From assembly GCA_053919585.1 (NCBI GenBank), contig CM132793.1: a stretch of 64,000 nt of DNA; one strand, 5' to 3'. The position numbers and the translations under genes are program-made. This document shows, one piece after another, positions 37,401 through 50,200 of the stretch. Position 1 is the stretch's first letter; each line of letters begins with the position of its first letter. The DNA comes from Euprymna scolopes. Taxonomy: Eukaryota. The notes under the pieces were generated by a model. The model was given only the letters and a program-made list of their open reading frames with translations, made no database searches and was not told the DNA's origin.

Positions 37401-38135
37401 TAATGGGGAGTTCACTTGCGATTCCATTGTGCATACGCTCCAGCCGGGAATGGCATAGCGGAGCAATGTCACCATACAGTGAAATGAATAGCGGCTAGAA
37501 TGCGCTGTCCCATACATGAGGCTGTCTACTGGTATAACATCACACCTAGAGATGATATCTCCCTTCACTGCGCTTGCCAACAGGATTTATTGATACAAAG
37601 TCTGAGTAAAGGAGACCAATCTTGCAACTGCATCCTCAGGTCCTAAGAACAGCTCTTACCAGGTTGGAGATCACGTGTGGGTCAAAAGACCACAAAATCG
37701 AAGTACCTCGAGGTTCGGCAAGGGTGAGGTGACCAAGGTAATCAGCCCTCAATCAATTTTGGTGGACGGTGTGCTTCGCCATGTGAAAGATCTGCACCCT
37801 CGCCATTATGTTGTTACATCGGAGGAAGAGGAAGACAGTACGATGCCTTCTGAAAGAACAGAAAGTATGATGCAGAACGACAGAGGGGATTTTGAGCCAT
37901 ATAATGCACATGCTGAAGAAGCGCAAGAGGGACCACCTGTCTGGCCTTTACGAAGGAGTACCTGACAAAGACGGATACTGCCCCTCTGCCCTGATTGTGA
38001 AACACCGCCTATGGAACAGACTGGTGGCAATAACGGTGGTAATGAGGAAGATTACAAGGAGGAAGTGCTGCCTCCGGTTCTTCGAAGAAGTACCAAACAA
38101 AGACGACTGCCCCCCTGCCCCGTTTGTGATCATGA
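34457..38135 (+). pseudogene. gag-pol pseudogene of Gypsy element 1
   Basis: Gag MEKVQVSSDIIKPFSG, zinc knuckle CFKCNVKSHLAKDC, protease LIDTGCS, RT LDLKRAY/LGFSLNVAP/YIDN, RNase H VWVDSSS, integrase HKGSGHPG..MDIT..LDNDT. Multiple stops and frameshifts. Confidence 0.92.
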
Positions 38136-38148
38136 GATCAGGGGGGAA

Positions 38149-38722
38149 TGTAGCAAAATTAGCAATAACTGAAATAAGGGGAAATAGAGAGCTTACCTCG
38201 GATACGTCTTATGTTTCGGCCTGAGCGGAAGAGAGTTCCAAGATGGCGTCCATGGGTTTTTATTAGCGTTGACCCCATGCAATTCTCGCAAAATCGTGTG
38301 CGCTCTCGTGCGATTATGCAAATATATAAGTCCCGGCTGATATAAAGGCATGACACTGGAAAGCAGTCAGGCAATGTCCTGCAGATTGTGTGTAGGTGGT
38401 TCTGGCGATTGGATTGTTCTTTGTGACGAACCATGCGTCTGCGAGAAGCGATTTTTTTTTTCTTGTTTGTGTCTTGTTCTTTCCCTTTTTTTTTCTTGTT
38501 TGTGTCTCCTTCTTTCCCTTTTTTTTCTTGTTTGTGTCTCCTTCTTTCCCTTTTTTTTCTTGTTTGTGTCTCCTTCTTTCCCTTTTTTTTTCTTGTTTGT
38601 GTCTCCTTCTTTCCCTACGGTTATTACATGCAAGAAATCCCTCTCTTCTAGGGGTGGGCGATACTGACTACGTCCTTTCTATGTTCCTGATTTTCTTTTT
38701 TTGCCTACTGCATTTTGCTTCA
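38149..38722 (+). repeat. 3' LTR of Gypsy element 1 with an internal ~32-33-bp tandem expansion (38452-38615)
   Basis: Five units of TTTTTTTCTTGTTTGTGTCTCCTTCTTTCCC where the 5' LTR has a single related unit. Confidence 0.93.
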
Positions 38723-38751
38723 ATATCACCATTTATTACTAATTACTATAA

Positions 38752-39010
38752 TACGGGGGTAGCGTGTTCTTGTTCCGTCAGCCATAGGTCCTAAGTAATT
38801 CACAAATATATTTTTCAGTCGCCCACACTGAGGATTGAACCTTCAACCTTCAGGAGAATATAACTTCTACAATTGATTTTTCCCAGTACTCTAATCACTG
38901 CGTCACGGGCCCTTGTGGACAATTCTAGTACGAATTTTAGGAGTAGGAGCTCTAGACCTATTTTTATTTCTAGTTGTAAATATCACCATTTATTACTAAT
39001 TATTACTATA
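38752..39010 (-). mobile_element. Second partial tandem unit of the tRNA-head SINE-like element
   Basis: Duplicates 33785-34002 plus 38728-38751. tRNA-like head 38910-38820 (GCCCGTGACGCAGTGATTAGAGT...CTGAAGGTTGAAGGTTCAATCCTCAGTGTGGGCG). Confidence 0.7.
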
Positions 39011-39029
39011 TATTAATGTATATCTATCT

Positions 39030-39230
39030 CTATACTTATTACTTATATATATTAATGTTTTTACTTATTACTTATATATATATTAATGTTTTTACTTATT
39101 ACTTGTATATATTAATGTTTTTACTTTTTACTTGTATATATTAATGTTTTTACTTATTACTTGTATATATTAATGTTTTTACTTATTACTTGTATATATT
39201 AATGTTTTTACTTATTACTTGTATATATTA
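39030..39230. repeat. ~29-bp AT-rich minisatellite (TATATATTAATGTTTTTACTTATTACTTG)n
   Basis: About 6-7 tandem units. Confidence 0.9.
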
Positions 39231-39419
39231 TCTATTGTTTATAATTACTGGTCCCCATATCGTATTGAATTCTATACTAGGTCTACTTAGCAGTTGGTTA
39301 TTCCCCAGCATATGTGCTGCTTCTTTCAGTCGTCTTACTCTCCACCGTTCCTCTTTGCCTATAATTTTTCACGTCGTCCCATAATGGTAGATGAATAATA
39401 CAAATTACCAATCCTCATC

Positions 39420-39835
39420 TCAAAAATTCAGAAACGTTCTCCAATATTTGTTGTCTTAATTTTTTTTACTTTGGATATGTTCGTACATTTTACATTCTAT
39501 TAATATATGTTTTACTGTTATCTGTTGGTTGCAGAGTGTGTATTTGGACGTTTCCTCAGCTTTGATCAAATAGAAGTGGGTTAGTTTTGCATGAACAATT
39601 CAAAATCTGTTTAACACGATTTCTTCTTGGTGTTTCTAATGCTGTTATTTTTTGTTTTCGCTTTTTAGTCGGTGTTCATGTAATTTCTTCTTGGTGCAGG
39701 TGTTCTATTCTTCATGCCACTTGTTTTCCTGGTATTCCTTAATTTTTCTTTTTAGGTCCGTATGTGGGATTTTAATCGTTTTCATTCATTTATGGCTTCT
39801 CTAGCTAGTTTGCTTTTTCATTTCCTGAAATACCA
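39420..39835 (-). mobile_element. I/Nimb-group LINE remnant (RNase H end and Cys/His motif)
   Basis: Broken frames GISGNEKA..LAREA..IPHTDLK..LTHFYLI..ITVKHILIEC. Confidence 0.65.
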
Positions 39836-40074
39836 ATATAAGAATCAGTATATTAAACACCGAGATGAATATAGATTGCCCAGGATCACGAAAGCTTTAT
39901 AACCAGATTAAATGCACGAATTAATAATAGATTAAAACTTGAGAATATTCCAAATGTAGTTTATTTTTAACTTCACATCCCAAATATAATCAATTAAATA
40001 TAGCACGTCTACACACATCATCCAATTTAACTCTATACAAGCTACGTTTACTACATCCGAGACTGCCATAACCT

Positions 40075-40520
40075 CGAATATAATATACTTATCTACTCGG
40101 CTTCCTTGCCTCCATGACTCTCTCCTCAGATTTCCAGGTCTTCCATCGACTGCCTCATCTCTTCAGGATCACAGTTGGCATCATGTGAAATTTGGTGGAT
40201 GTACGTGGTTTTAGGTCGTCCCATGCTTGTGCACATGAATCATGGAGTCCACGTGCAACACATTTCCCACCAGCACTTGCTTTCTCCCATGGCAGTGACC
40301 GGCAAATCGTAGACGTCGCTCCCTGATGGGAGTAGATATGGCAGGTAGGTTGCCATACAGTTGCTACTCCATGGGATGATCTTACCAAGATATATTTAAC
40401 ACTGTTCGTAGCATATAGGTGTACGTGCTGTCTAGCTTTCTTTTCAATCTTTCGGTGAGTGTCCAGGTTGTAGCACCGTAAACAAGGATAGACCCCACCA
40501 CTGCTCTGAAGAACTGTCAG
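40075..40520 (-). mobile_element. RTE/RTE-X LINE 3' fragment
   Basis: FFRAVVGSILVYGATTWTLT..KLDSTYTYMLRTVLNISW..IRERRLRFAGHC. Confidence 0.75.
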
Positions 40521-40530
40521 CTGATTCTAA

Positions 40531-40940
40531 ACAAATAATGTATAAAAGCTCATTGTAAATAAATAATGTATAAAAGCTCATTGTAAATAAATAATGTATA
40601 AAAGCTCATTGTAAATAAATAATGTATAAAAGCTCATTCTAAATAAATAATGTATAAAAGCTCATTCTAAATAAATAATGTATAAAAGCTCATTCTAAAT
40701 AAATAATGTATAAAAGCTCATTCTAAATAAATAATGTATAAAAGCTCATTCTAAATAAATAATGTATAAAAGCTCATTCTAAATAAATAATATATAAAAG
40801 CTCATTCTAAATAAATAATATATAAAAGCTCATTGTAAATAAATAATGTATAAAAGCTCATTCTAAATAAATAATCTATAAAAGCTCATTGTAAATAAAT
40901 AATCTATAAAAGCTCATTCTAAATAAATAATATATAAAGC
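40531..40940. repeat. 28-bp minisatellite (AAATAAATAATGTATAAAAGCTCATT[G/C]T)n
   Basis: About 14 tandem units. Confidence 0.95.
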
Positions 40941-41326
40941 GACAACGGAAACACGAATAAACAGATATGCATAATAAAAACACAAAACAATTTTTTTTAA
41001 TTAAAGAAAAACAAATCAAAATTAAAATATTTCCGGTTTCCTCTGTGTGGATATATATTTCCAACTGCAGCGACATATTAACCACATCCGACGAACACAC
41101 GTGGATTCAATATGAAGTTTCTTTTGAAGAGGATGTAATTAACCACGAAATAAGAGAAAAAATGTATAAATATAACGCATAATTGGTTGAAGATTAAAAA
41201 AAAACAGAAAAAATAAAATTATTACATTATCACCTCTCCATGCCCATTGTATCCGTTTAATTCACCGGGTAACCTTGACTTTACAGTGCTATACCTCCTA
41301 AACTTCAAACTTGTCCTTTTCTTTTT

Positions 41327-41359
<33 letters not shown>

Positions 41360-41375
41360 CATACATACATACATA

Positions 41376-43484
41376 CTAGCAGAAGTACCCGTCGTTGCCC
41401 GAGTTCAAAAACAGCCTACAGAAAATGGACTGTGATTGATGAAAGTATGATAGGTTATGAAAAGGAAGGGTTGTAAAGAGATAGGTTTTGATACTCAAAA
41501 ATTTTACCCTAAGCAAAATATGATGAAAGTAAAGATAATTTTCGAAAATATATTTCTTTATATCAACTTTGTTTCCATTCGTAGCCAAGAGTGACCAACA
41601 AAATTATGATTACTTACAAAGAGAAAATGTTACATATATAATAATATAAATATACAAGAAATAAATGTTACCATAGTCAATAAAAGTTACTTTCATGGTA
41701 GAAAAGTTCATTGGTTTGTATTTTTAAGTAGTTTGTAAAAAAATGTTTTTTTTAATTCACAAACCGGTTTAAAAAAAAATCAAAATGGCAGCGACTTTGA
41801 AATGGAGAGCCACGTTTTCAATTTGAAGGAGGAGCACCTGAGCATTCTGTGTTAACAATTTAAGAGTTCCGTCAACGTAAGGCATATTGATAAACATATT
41901 TTAATGTTTTCCGTTATTTAATGCTTGAGGAATATTAAATTATGGCATGTGTAGTTTGTATAAAAATTCATTTAAGTAGTTATCGCCTCAATTTCGTTTT
42001 AATTTCGGTTCGCTGAAATTATTTCAAGTAAAGAGCATTAAAACTATTTCAAAACAAAAATAAACATGAACTGAACTTTTATTGACTATGGTAACATTTA
42101 TTTTTTGTATATTTATTTTTTCGGGTAGTCGTTTGTTGGCTTTTCTGCTAAACACTCTTACTGAATGATATTGACGAAATATCGAAAAACAAAGAAACAA
42201 AAACAGTTTTTGAAAAATAATGAAACAAAAACAGTTTTTGAAAAATAATGAAACAAAAACAGTTTTTGAAAAATAATGAAACAAAAACAGTTTTTGAAAA
42301 ATAATGAAACAAAAACAGTTTTTGAAAAATAATGAAACAAAAACAGTTTTTGAAAAATAATGAAGCTTTACTTTCTTTAGTAAAATAATCCGAAACAGCA
42401 AAATAGGACATAAAAAAAGTAAACACGTAATTACTTTAATTTTTTAAAGCAAAGAATCGATATAAATATGAATAAGAAAAGGGCGCCCTTTTCAAGCAGA
42501 AAAGCTTCGTTTCAGTTTTACAGTATTGAACGGTGTAGTATTGCGCCGTCGGATTCAGGGTTGTACTATTGTAATGTAAAGAACACGCAAAGGTTTGTAA
42601 TCAACTGAATTCCTTCTAGTACACTAACAAGAAAAAGCTTAAACAGATATATAAATAAAAAGGTTATGTAAATGTTTTAAAGACACGTAATCATGTGAGC
42701 AGGATGTTTTCCTTCTTTTGACACGATAACAAGTAACGTTCTTATTTTTTATTATTTATCTATTTACCTATTTTAGAAAGAGTTCCACGTGAAAGTGGAG
42801 AAGAAAAAAAACAGTTATGCAAAATTTGTGTCGAGAATTGTCTAAAGTTTCGATTTTTATTTTTTTTTTGGCTTTCACTTTAATAAGAACGTGAATTTAT
42901 GAGGTGAATTCATTCGACACAATATGATTCAACTCAAAAAAATAAAAAGCTAACTTGAATTAAGGTTAAAGTTAAGGTGTTATTGTGGACCCTCACCCCT
43001 TTTAAAAAACCTTGTTAAACTTTGTGACATATTTACATTCTATGGAGGTCAGGCGCGAACGAACACCCAATAATTTTATTATACCATATTTCTTCAAACT
43101 AAAACATAATTATCAAAGTATACTTACGCAAAAAGATATGAAAAGTCTTTATTAAAGTTTGTGCCTATTTTCATGGAGTACAGGCGCGAACGCAGACCCC
43201 GCAATTTTATTATACCATGCATATTTAAGTTGAAACATAATTATCAAAGTATTATGTACATCTATATAAAAAACTCTTGTAAACGTTTTCTTTTTTCATT
43301 TCCATACTTTGTGGACCAGGCGCGAACGCAGAACCCACAATTTTTATGACCCACCGTTCCGCCAGATCAAACATACCCATTCCTGATCCTCGATACATCT
43401 ATCATTATATGTAATCAGTTTTTTTAAAATAGTCAACCATATAGGAGCCTATTCGTGACCAGACATACACACACAGGCACTCAG

Positions 43485-43495
<11 letters not shown>
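41376..43495 (-). mobile_element. Larger non-autonomous Helitron-like element (~2.1 kb)
   Basis: 3' CTCGGGCAACGACGGGTACTTCTGCTAG|T; 5' TATAAAGCTGAGTGCCTGTGTGTG. Contains three AGGCGCGAACG subrepeats (43051, 43182, 43318) and a 28-bp array. Linkage of the two ends is inferred. Confidence 0.55.
42194..42364. repeat. 28-bp minisatellite (GAAACAAAAACAGTTTTTGAAAAATAAT)x6
   Basis: Perfect tandem units, each with an internal palindrome CAAAAAC-A-GTTTTTG. Confidence 0.95.
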
Positions 43496-43546
<51 letters not shown>

Positions 43547-43852
43547 ACACAGTAGGGTCATTCCCTAAGTAAAGACTAATTTCTTTTTAACAAAAAAGTT
43601 AAAGAACTACGAATACAGGAGTGGTACCATTAAAATGAATGACTTTTGTGCTCTAGAATTTATTTTTCTACATAGTCACCTCCATTCCCAATATACGCAC
43701 ATCCATGACAGGGATTGCTTTCTTAGGGTATAACACCGTCAATATCTGAAACAGAGTGATGAAACTTTCAAGCCATACGTTGCAATCACCTATGATCCAT
43801 TCGAAGCAAATAAAAAAAATAAGATACATTGCTTTTGGAACGCCTCTCATTA
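43547..43852 (-). mobile_element. Mariner-derived short remnant
   Basis: Minus strand GGTGACTATGTAGAAAAATAA encodes GDYVEK*, a typical mariner C-terminus. TA-flanked. Confidence 0.45.
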
Positions 43853-43858
43853 TATATA

Positions 43859-44499
43859 TTAGCAGTGAGACTTGACGTTGCCCGGGATTGAATGATGATC
43901 AACGAATTTTTCTCACTCATATTTTTATTGTAATCAAAATCGGTGAACTCGCTTATTTTTCAATCAAATCGATTGATTGCCTGCTCTAGTTGGGTACCCA
44001 GCACGATCCACCAGGAGGAAGCTCCACATGCTTCCCCACAATGACTTTGTCCACAATACATTGTTGTATACATCGTACTTAAGAAAACCTACTACTAGCC
44101 TTACAAAATTATTTATATATAATGGTTTGAATTAAAGTCTAAAATGAAAGAAAATGAATACCATGGTTTAATTATGCTTTAAACAGAAACATTCATCTCG
44201 AACGTGCCCCTGCCACATTAAAGAACCTATTGTTGTTTTTATATGTCAGGCCTTTTAGCTTATGTGGTAATAAAACTTCAAATACACTTGTGATGCTAGG
44301 TTGTATAAGGTGTTAACTTTGATCAAAATCACTGGTTCCTTCTTTTATCATATTATTTCGATTATCGATACTTATCGAAGACATTCCGATACAAAACCTT
44401 TCTAAGAATACTGCCAGGCATAAAATATACGTTTGTGTTAAATTTCATAAAAATCCGTCCAAACATTTTCGAGTCCATATGGAACGAACTTACGAAGTT

Positions 44500-44510
<11 letters not shown>
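43859..44510 (-). mobile_element. Non-autonomous Helitron-like element (degenerate)
   Basis: 3' CCCGGGCAACGTCAAG..TGCTAA|T; AAATTTCAT subterminal motif near the other end. Confidence 0.45.
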
Positions 44511-44533
<23 letters not shown>

Positions 44534-44538
44534 TTATT

Positions 44539-45315
44539 CGTCAATGATGTCATTGAGGATGAAATCAACACCAAACTCGCTAAAGCAAGCGCTGCCTTTG
44601 GCAGACTCCAACGAGAACATATGGGACAGAAGAGGCATTACCTTCACAACAAAGATCAAAGTCTATAAAGCCGTCATGCTCACCACCTTACTCTATGGAT
44701 GTAAGTCATGGACGGTCTACCAACGGCACGCTAGAAAATTAAATCACTTCCACACCACCAGATTGAGGAAACTGCTTGACATAGGCTGACAGAAAAGGAT
44801 ACCAGACACAGAAGTCCTCACTCGTGCTGGACTCCCAAGCATCCCTACTATCCTGATGAAGGTTCAGCTTGGCTGGGCTGGTCGTGTAGCCTGCATGGCA
44901 AGCTTCTTGGGTAGTTTGTAGTTTATGTTTTCTGAACTCCAACATGGCAAGAGCTTCCATGGCGGCCCGAAAAAACGATTTAAAGATACCCTGAAGCATC
45001 ACTGAAGGCCTTCAACGTTGATCCGTCATCCAGGGAGCAGACAGCTTTAGATGGAGCCAAATGGCGGGCCACTGTTCGTGACGGCGCCTGCAAATATGAA
45101 AGTAACGCAAAAGTTGCTGCAGAGAAGTGCAGAGAAGCACAGGAAGGACAATGTTTTGAAACCCTCGACATCTGATTTCCTGTTCTCACTGCAATAGAAC
45201 TTTTCAAGCAAAGATTGGGCTTATTAATCATATCCGTACTCACCGATGATAACTTCCCTCCACCCTACTTTACAGGATGATCAGATGGTCCTCGTCGTTC
45301 CGACGGACGAACAAC
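44539..45315 (+). mobile_element. 5'-truncated RTE (BovB-like) LINE with 11-bp TSD
   Basis: EDEINTKLAKASAAFGRL, TKIKVYKAVMLTTLLYGCKSWTVY; tail GACGGACGAACAAC; TSD ATATCGTTATT at 44528-44538 and 45316-45326. Confidence 0.92.
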
Positions 45316-45523
45316 ATATCGTTATTAATCATTCCCAAACCAACAGATGCATTCGTATGTTAATATAGTACATCTTACATGTGCTTCATTGAATAGAGGA
45401 AATTCACCAAACAACTCAGTGATGGATGTGTTCCGCGGAAAAAAAACAGTTCTGTTTTTTTTTTCCTCTGAGTAAAGGATAAAGTGAATGGAAACTTTTT
45501 TAAGTTTGCAAAATCATAAAAAA

Positions 45524-45599
<76 letters not shown>

Positions 45600-45706
45600 G
45601 GTCAGCTGACGCCCCCATTTTTCCTTTCACCCTTTTATTCTCTTCACCCGTTAACTTCATTTAAACGTTCTAATCATGAATTTTCGTCTTCCGTTCATGA
45701 TTGCAT

Positions 45707-45737
<31 letters not shown>

Positions 45738-47246
45738 ATGAATGACTGCATTACATATGTGCCCCTGCTTGCGTATTTAATTCTCCCTATATATTTTTGC
45801 TGTTCATTGGGACTAACAGCTGAGCCTGATACATACAAATATAGTAATATTAATATTAGACACTAGAAATAATGTTGTTGCTAAGTGCATTATTTGTTTA
45901 TGGAATACCGGCCCTCCCAACCCGGTTTTTGTTTTGCCAGATTTGGTCTTAATATTAGGAAAACTGAAAATGTGGGTCATTCTTTGTGTTCTGTTTTTTG
46001 TTTGTTTCAAGAGTTTCAACTGTGTTACCAGATATCAAGTCTCTTGAAAACTGAATCAAGACTCAGAGTTTGGAAGATTTCAATAATTACAAAAAAAAGA
46101 AAAAAGGCAAACATTTCGTAAGCAAAAAATGTTAGAAAACAATTTATGGAATAAGCGATAGCAGATTGGAATTTATATTGACAATAAACAAATTAAGATA
46201 CTGACAATAAACAAATCTTGAAAATCTAGTTTGTGAAAAATATGTTATTATATTTACTGTGTACGAAATAGGTAAACAATAACAAAGGATTGACCTTTTT
46301 ACATTATCCCCGAGTGTCTGTTGGCCTTTATAAGCAGTGACATAAGTTTGGTTGTTTTGTTTTACATATCAACACTTTTTGTTTTTTTTACTGTCGAATG
46401 CAGTTAAATTGGAAATAGTATTCATGTTGCATTCAGTTATTTTGTAGAAGGTTTTTATTCTTAAGCTTTTTGTATCTTCAATCGCTATGTTTGATTTCGT
46501 TGTTTGGATTTTATCGTTTTTGTTCTCTGCCTTGCAAAACATGGATGAGTTTTGCAATGGGAGTGGGGAAAAGGGTTACAGTATTATACATTTTAACTTA
46601 GGAAACCTAAGAAGTGGGGGAGATAGAAAGAGAAAGGGGAAACGGGAAGAGGGAAAGGCGAGTTGTTTTTGTTGTTGATTTTGCAGAACATAATTAAGTT
46701 TTGCAAAAGGGAGTAGAAAAACCAAAAAATGTTAAAAGCTAATCGCATAAATATTTTCGATGTTTTCTTCTATTAACGAAATAGACATTGTATGAAATAT
46801 TATTACCAGTCTCCCTTTTCCTTTATTTTGAAGAAAATTTTTGTGAAGTTTATGGCACTATTTAGCCATTAATTCAGTTGGAAAGATTGTTTATAATAAG
46901 TTAATACTTAATGGCAAAATGTTACGTTTCAACAGGAATTGTAGCAGACTAAATATTTTGTCTGGCGATATAATCATATAGAAAGCATTTTCGCAGACGT
47001 TTTTAATTAAACACTTTCTTTAATAAGAACATATTTTCTTAAGATGTTGATATTCACTTTGTGCATTTGTCGAGAGCAATGCTATTTTAAACTTGTGCAG
47101 GAGAACTCGTCAAAAGAAAACTGGTTTTCATCAAACGGAAATGTAATGTTTTTTCCATGGCAACAAATTTATCGTTCTACCCTGTATAAAGATTTTTTTA
47201 CTTGTTTAGTAAAAGATTTGAATCTTTAATAAAATGGTTCGAAAAA

Positions 47247-50200
47247 TGATGTAATGGAATTACCTAACATCCCTTCATAGATGAAATTATATTCTCTTGT
47301 AAATAAACCTCTTTTTCTTTCACCCACAACCCCGTGTTTCTTGCTGTATTCTTATTTAACGTAAGGATATAACAAATGGCGACAGGATTCGAATTCACAA
47401 AAAGTAAACTTTAAGCCAAAAACATATCGGAAAACTAAGAGAAAAAATACTGCACGGAAAAATTCAACTACTGAAAAAAAAATTTGACATTTCACGAAGC
47501 ATTGAAAAGAACAATTTTTGAAAGTTGTCCATTTCAAATTTCTTTTGTTTCATAAGAAAAAGAAAAAATACGGCGAAAAAGAACGCTTGTATACTGTCGG
47601 TTTCAATTTCGTGTGTGTAACTCCCACCAAAAACCTTGTCTACAAAGTGTTTTTTTTTGTGGTTTAAAAACAAACTATTCAGTGAATTTATTTAATGCTT
47701 TGTGCAGGTACTGTTAACCTTTTGTTTTATTACTGTGTTCAAAAAATATTCAACCTTGAACAATTAGCCGAGTTTACAAAAAGGATACAATTAGCACTGG
47801 TGGCTCAACAAAACCAGATGTAATTTTTACAAGAAGAACAGTTAAAACAAAATGAAGTATTAAAAACAGTATTAATGAAACAAGAAAAAGGATTGTCGGA
47901 TCACTTCTGAAGGAATTGCAAATTCGCTGACAGAATTTTTATATGAACCAACTAATGGCTTAACGTTTCCAGCATATTATCGTAGATACGAAAATATTTT
48001 TTCTAAACGATGTCAGGCCTAGTAGGATGAAGAAAAAATATTTTACTGTTGCAAAAATTGGGTTCCCTTGAAAATACCAAGTATACCAATTTTATACTCC
48101 AAAAGAAACCTGAAGATATTTCTTTTAAAGAGACTATCGAACATTTTCAGGAAACGAGATAGCTTATTTTATATTCGTTATACGTGTTTACATATTTTGA
48201 AACAAAATGAAGACTTTATCGCCTATGCTGTGAGAGTAAATGCCACATGCGAGTTATTTAAGTTGAAGGACCTAAAAGACACGTATAAATGCTTGATATT
48301 TGTGCAAGGGTCAACTATGACACTATTGGTGTCATGAATGCATGCAGTGAGGGGCATATTGCAGAAGAGGGGGTGTTTGACCGGACGAGATAGAAGAAGA
48401 GAGGGCAGAAGTGAGGGTGCTGATTTCTGATTGGGACAAAACAGAAATGTCTATGGGATTTTGTCAGAAAGAAAAAAAAACAATTGTTTTTATCTCATTG
48501 TCGTTATATATCTGTTAACATAAAAGGTTGTTTTGAAAACCTCTGTTGAGAGGTATGAAGAGATCTAGAGACCCTTAGCTGATTAAGGCTGACAACTTAG
48601 AATGGGGGTCAAGGGTAAAGGTCACCGTCAGCCATTGTTCGACCTAGAATGACAAATTACTCCTAATTTGATAAGTAAAAATATTGGTGCAGGTGGAGGT
48701 TGAGGTTTGGTAGAGATAAGCTCTAAGAGGAAGAAAGAAAGGCTGTTTGTAACCACTCTCTGAAGGAGAGGTGGGGGGAAAGGGGTTGGATTTAGAAAAA
48801 GGAATTCTAAAAGGAGAAGAGTCGTAGCCAGCAAACCGAACGGCTGGGCCTAATGTTATGTTAATTAGCCCGTGTTAATGGGAAATCTGACTTTACTGAT
48901 CTAGTCTTACATCGTGTCACTGATATAGTCAGTCACCTCAATTAAGACAGTAGCTGTTATGAAGTAATGAAATTAATAAATAGTTTGTTACTGTCATAAA
49001 CCAGAGTTCTGTTTCTGGTGAGGACTCTTTATTTTGCAGCAAGCCGCAAAGACCAGCGGAGTGATTGATGTACCTGGAGACTACCTACACAGGGTAGGAG
49101 ACGATTTTATCGAGAGGCAAAGCGCCCCACTATGAAAACGCAGTGAGTAAGGACGATCAACGGGCCAACTTGTGATGGGACAATGTACGATCGAAAGAAC
49201 ACCTGTCATATCGGGTGGAATCCGACGAGGTTAAGGACACCCGGTGTGGTTGGTGCGGTATGTATCAGCATTTTATATAACATCCTCGAAGGATAAAGAG
49301 ATTCGTTCTAGGATATTATCCATCATGAACCAAGACATAGAAATAACCTTACAGAAAGTTACTGAGGAATGACAGAAACTTAAATTTCAAATAGGATAAT
49401 ACTAGTATCGAAGAGAAAAATGTTGACAAAATACAAAGGGTAAAGCAAGATGACCACTATGTAAAAAAAATAGTGTAAGACGTGTGGAAGAAAGAATCAC
49501 TTCACAAAAGCGTGCTACGTCAAAAGCAAAATATGCTATAAGTGCGGGCGTAAAGGACACAAGTCAACAATACGCAAAAAGGAGAAATATTGTAAGCCTG
49601 AAATAAAGACCATTGATTCTAAAAAAGAGTCCATGTATGGTAAAAAAAAAGGAAATATATTGAAGTTAGAATCAACATGGATGAAAATTGGTTATCCAAA
49701 GCTGCAAAACAAAGAAAATTGCAAGAGGAATGTCTAGAAATAGATTCAAATTTAAGGGTGAATTTTATACTAATACGACTCTGAATGAAAAGACGTTAAA
49801 AACTAAAATGTAATGTGATACCTGGAAAAAATTCTAATCTATTCGGTATAGATTTGATGATACTTTTCAATTTATGGTAGAAACCAATAAACTCATTTTG
49901 CAAAAGAGTAAATGTGTCAGGATTTGAAAGTCCCAAACTGCCAGGGAGATTTGTTGGGGATTTGAAGGATTTTTCTGAAGGTTTGAGGTGCTGCACTAAA
50001 ACGGAAGTTAAATTTGAACTGAAAGATGAAACAAAGCCGGTGTTTAAATCCAAAAGGAAGGGTCCGTATTCGGCATTAGAAACAACCGAGAAAGAATTAA
50101 GTAGACTCGAAGAAATCGGAGTAATAAAAAAGTGGACTACTCTGAATGGGCATCACCCACAGTTTACGTGAAAAATAAAAATTTAAAAGAAAAATCAAGG

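Larger units (their letters stand above)
34003..38722 (+). mobile_element. Full-length decayed Ty3/Gypsy LTR retrotransposon
   Basis: LTRs TGTAGCA...TGCTTCA at 34003-34438 and 38149-38722; TSD ATATC on both sides; PPT GAGATCAGGGGGGAA; domain order gag-PR-RT-RH-IN. Confidence 0.95.

Noticed and set aside
33861-38910. Functional intron-containing tRNA genes
   Set aside because: No clean anticodon stem-loop, mismatched stems, and the copies are embedded in a dispersed repeat.
28160-42364. CRISPR-like arrays (28-33-bp repeats)
   Set aside because: The repeats are directly tandem with no unique spacers, there are no cas genes, and the context is eukaryotic.
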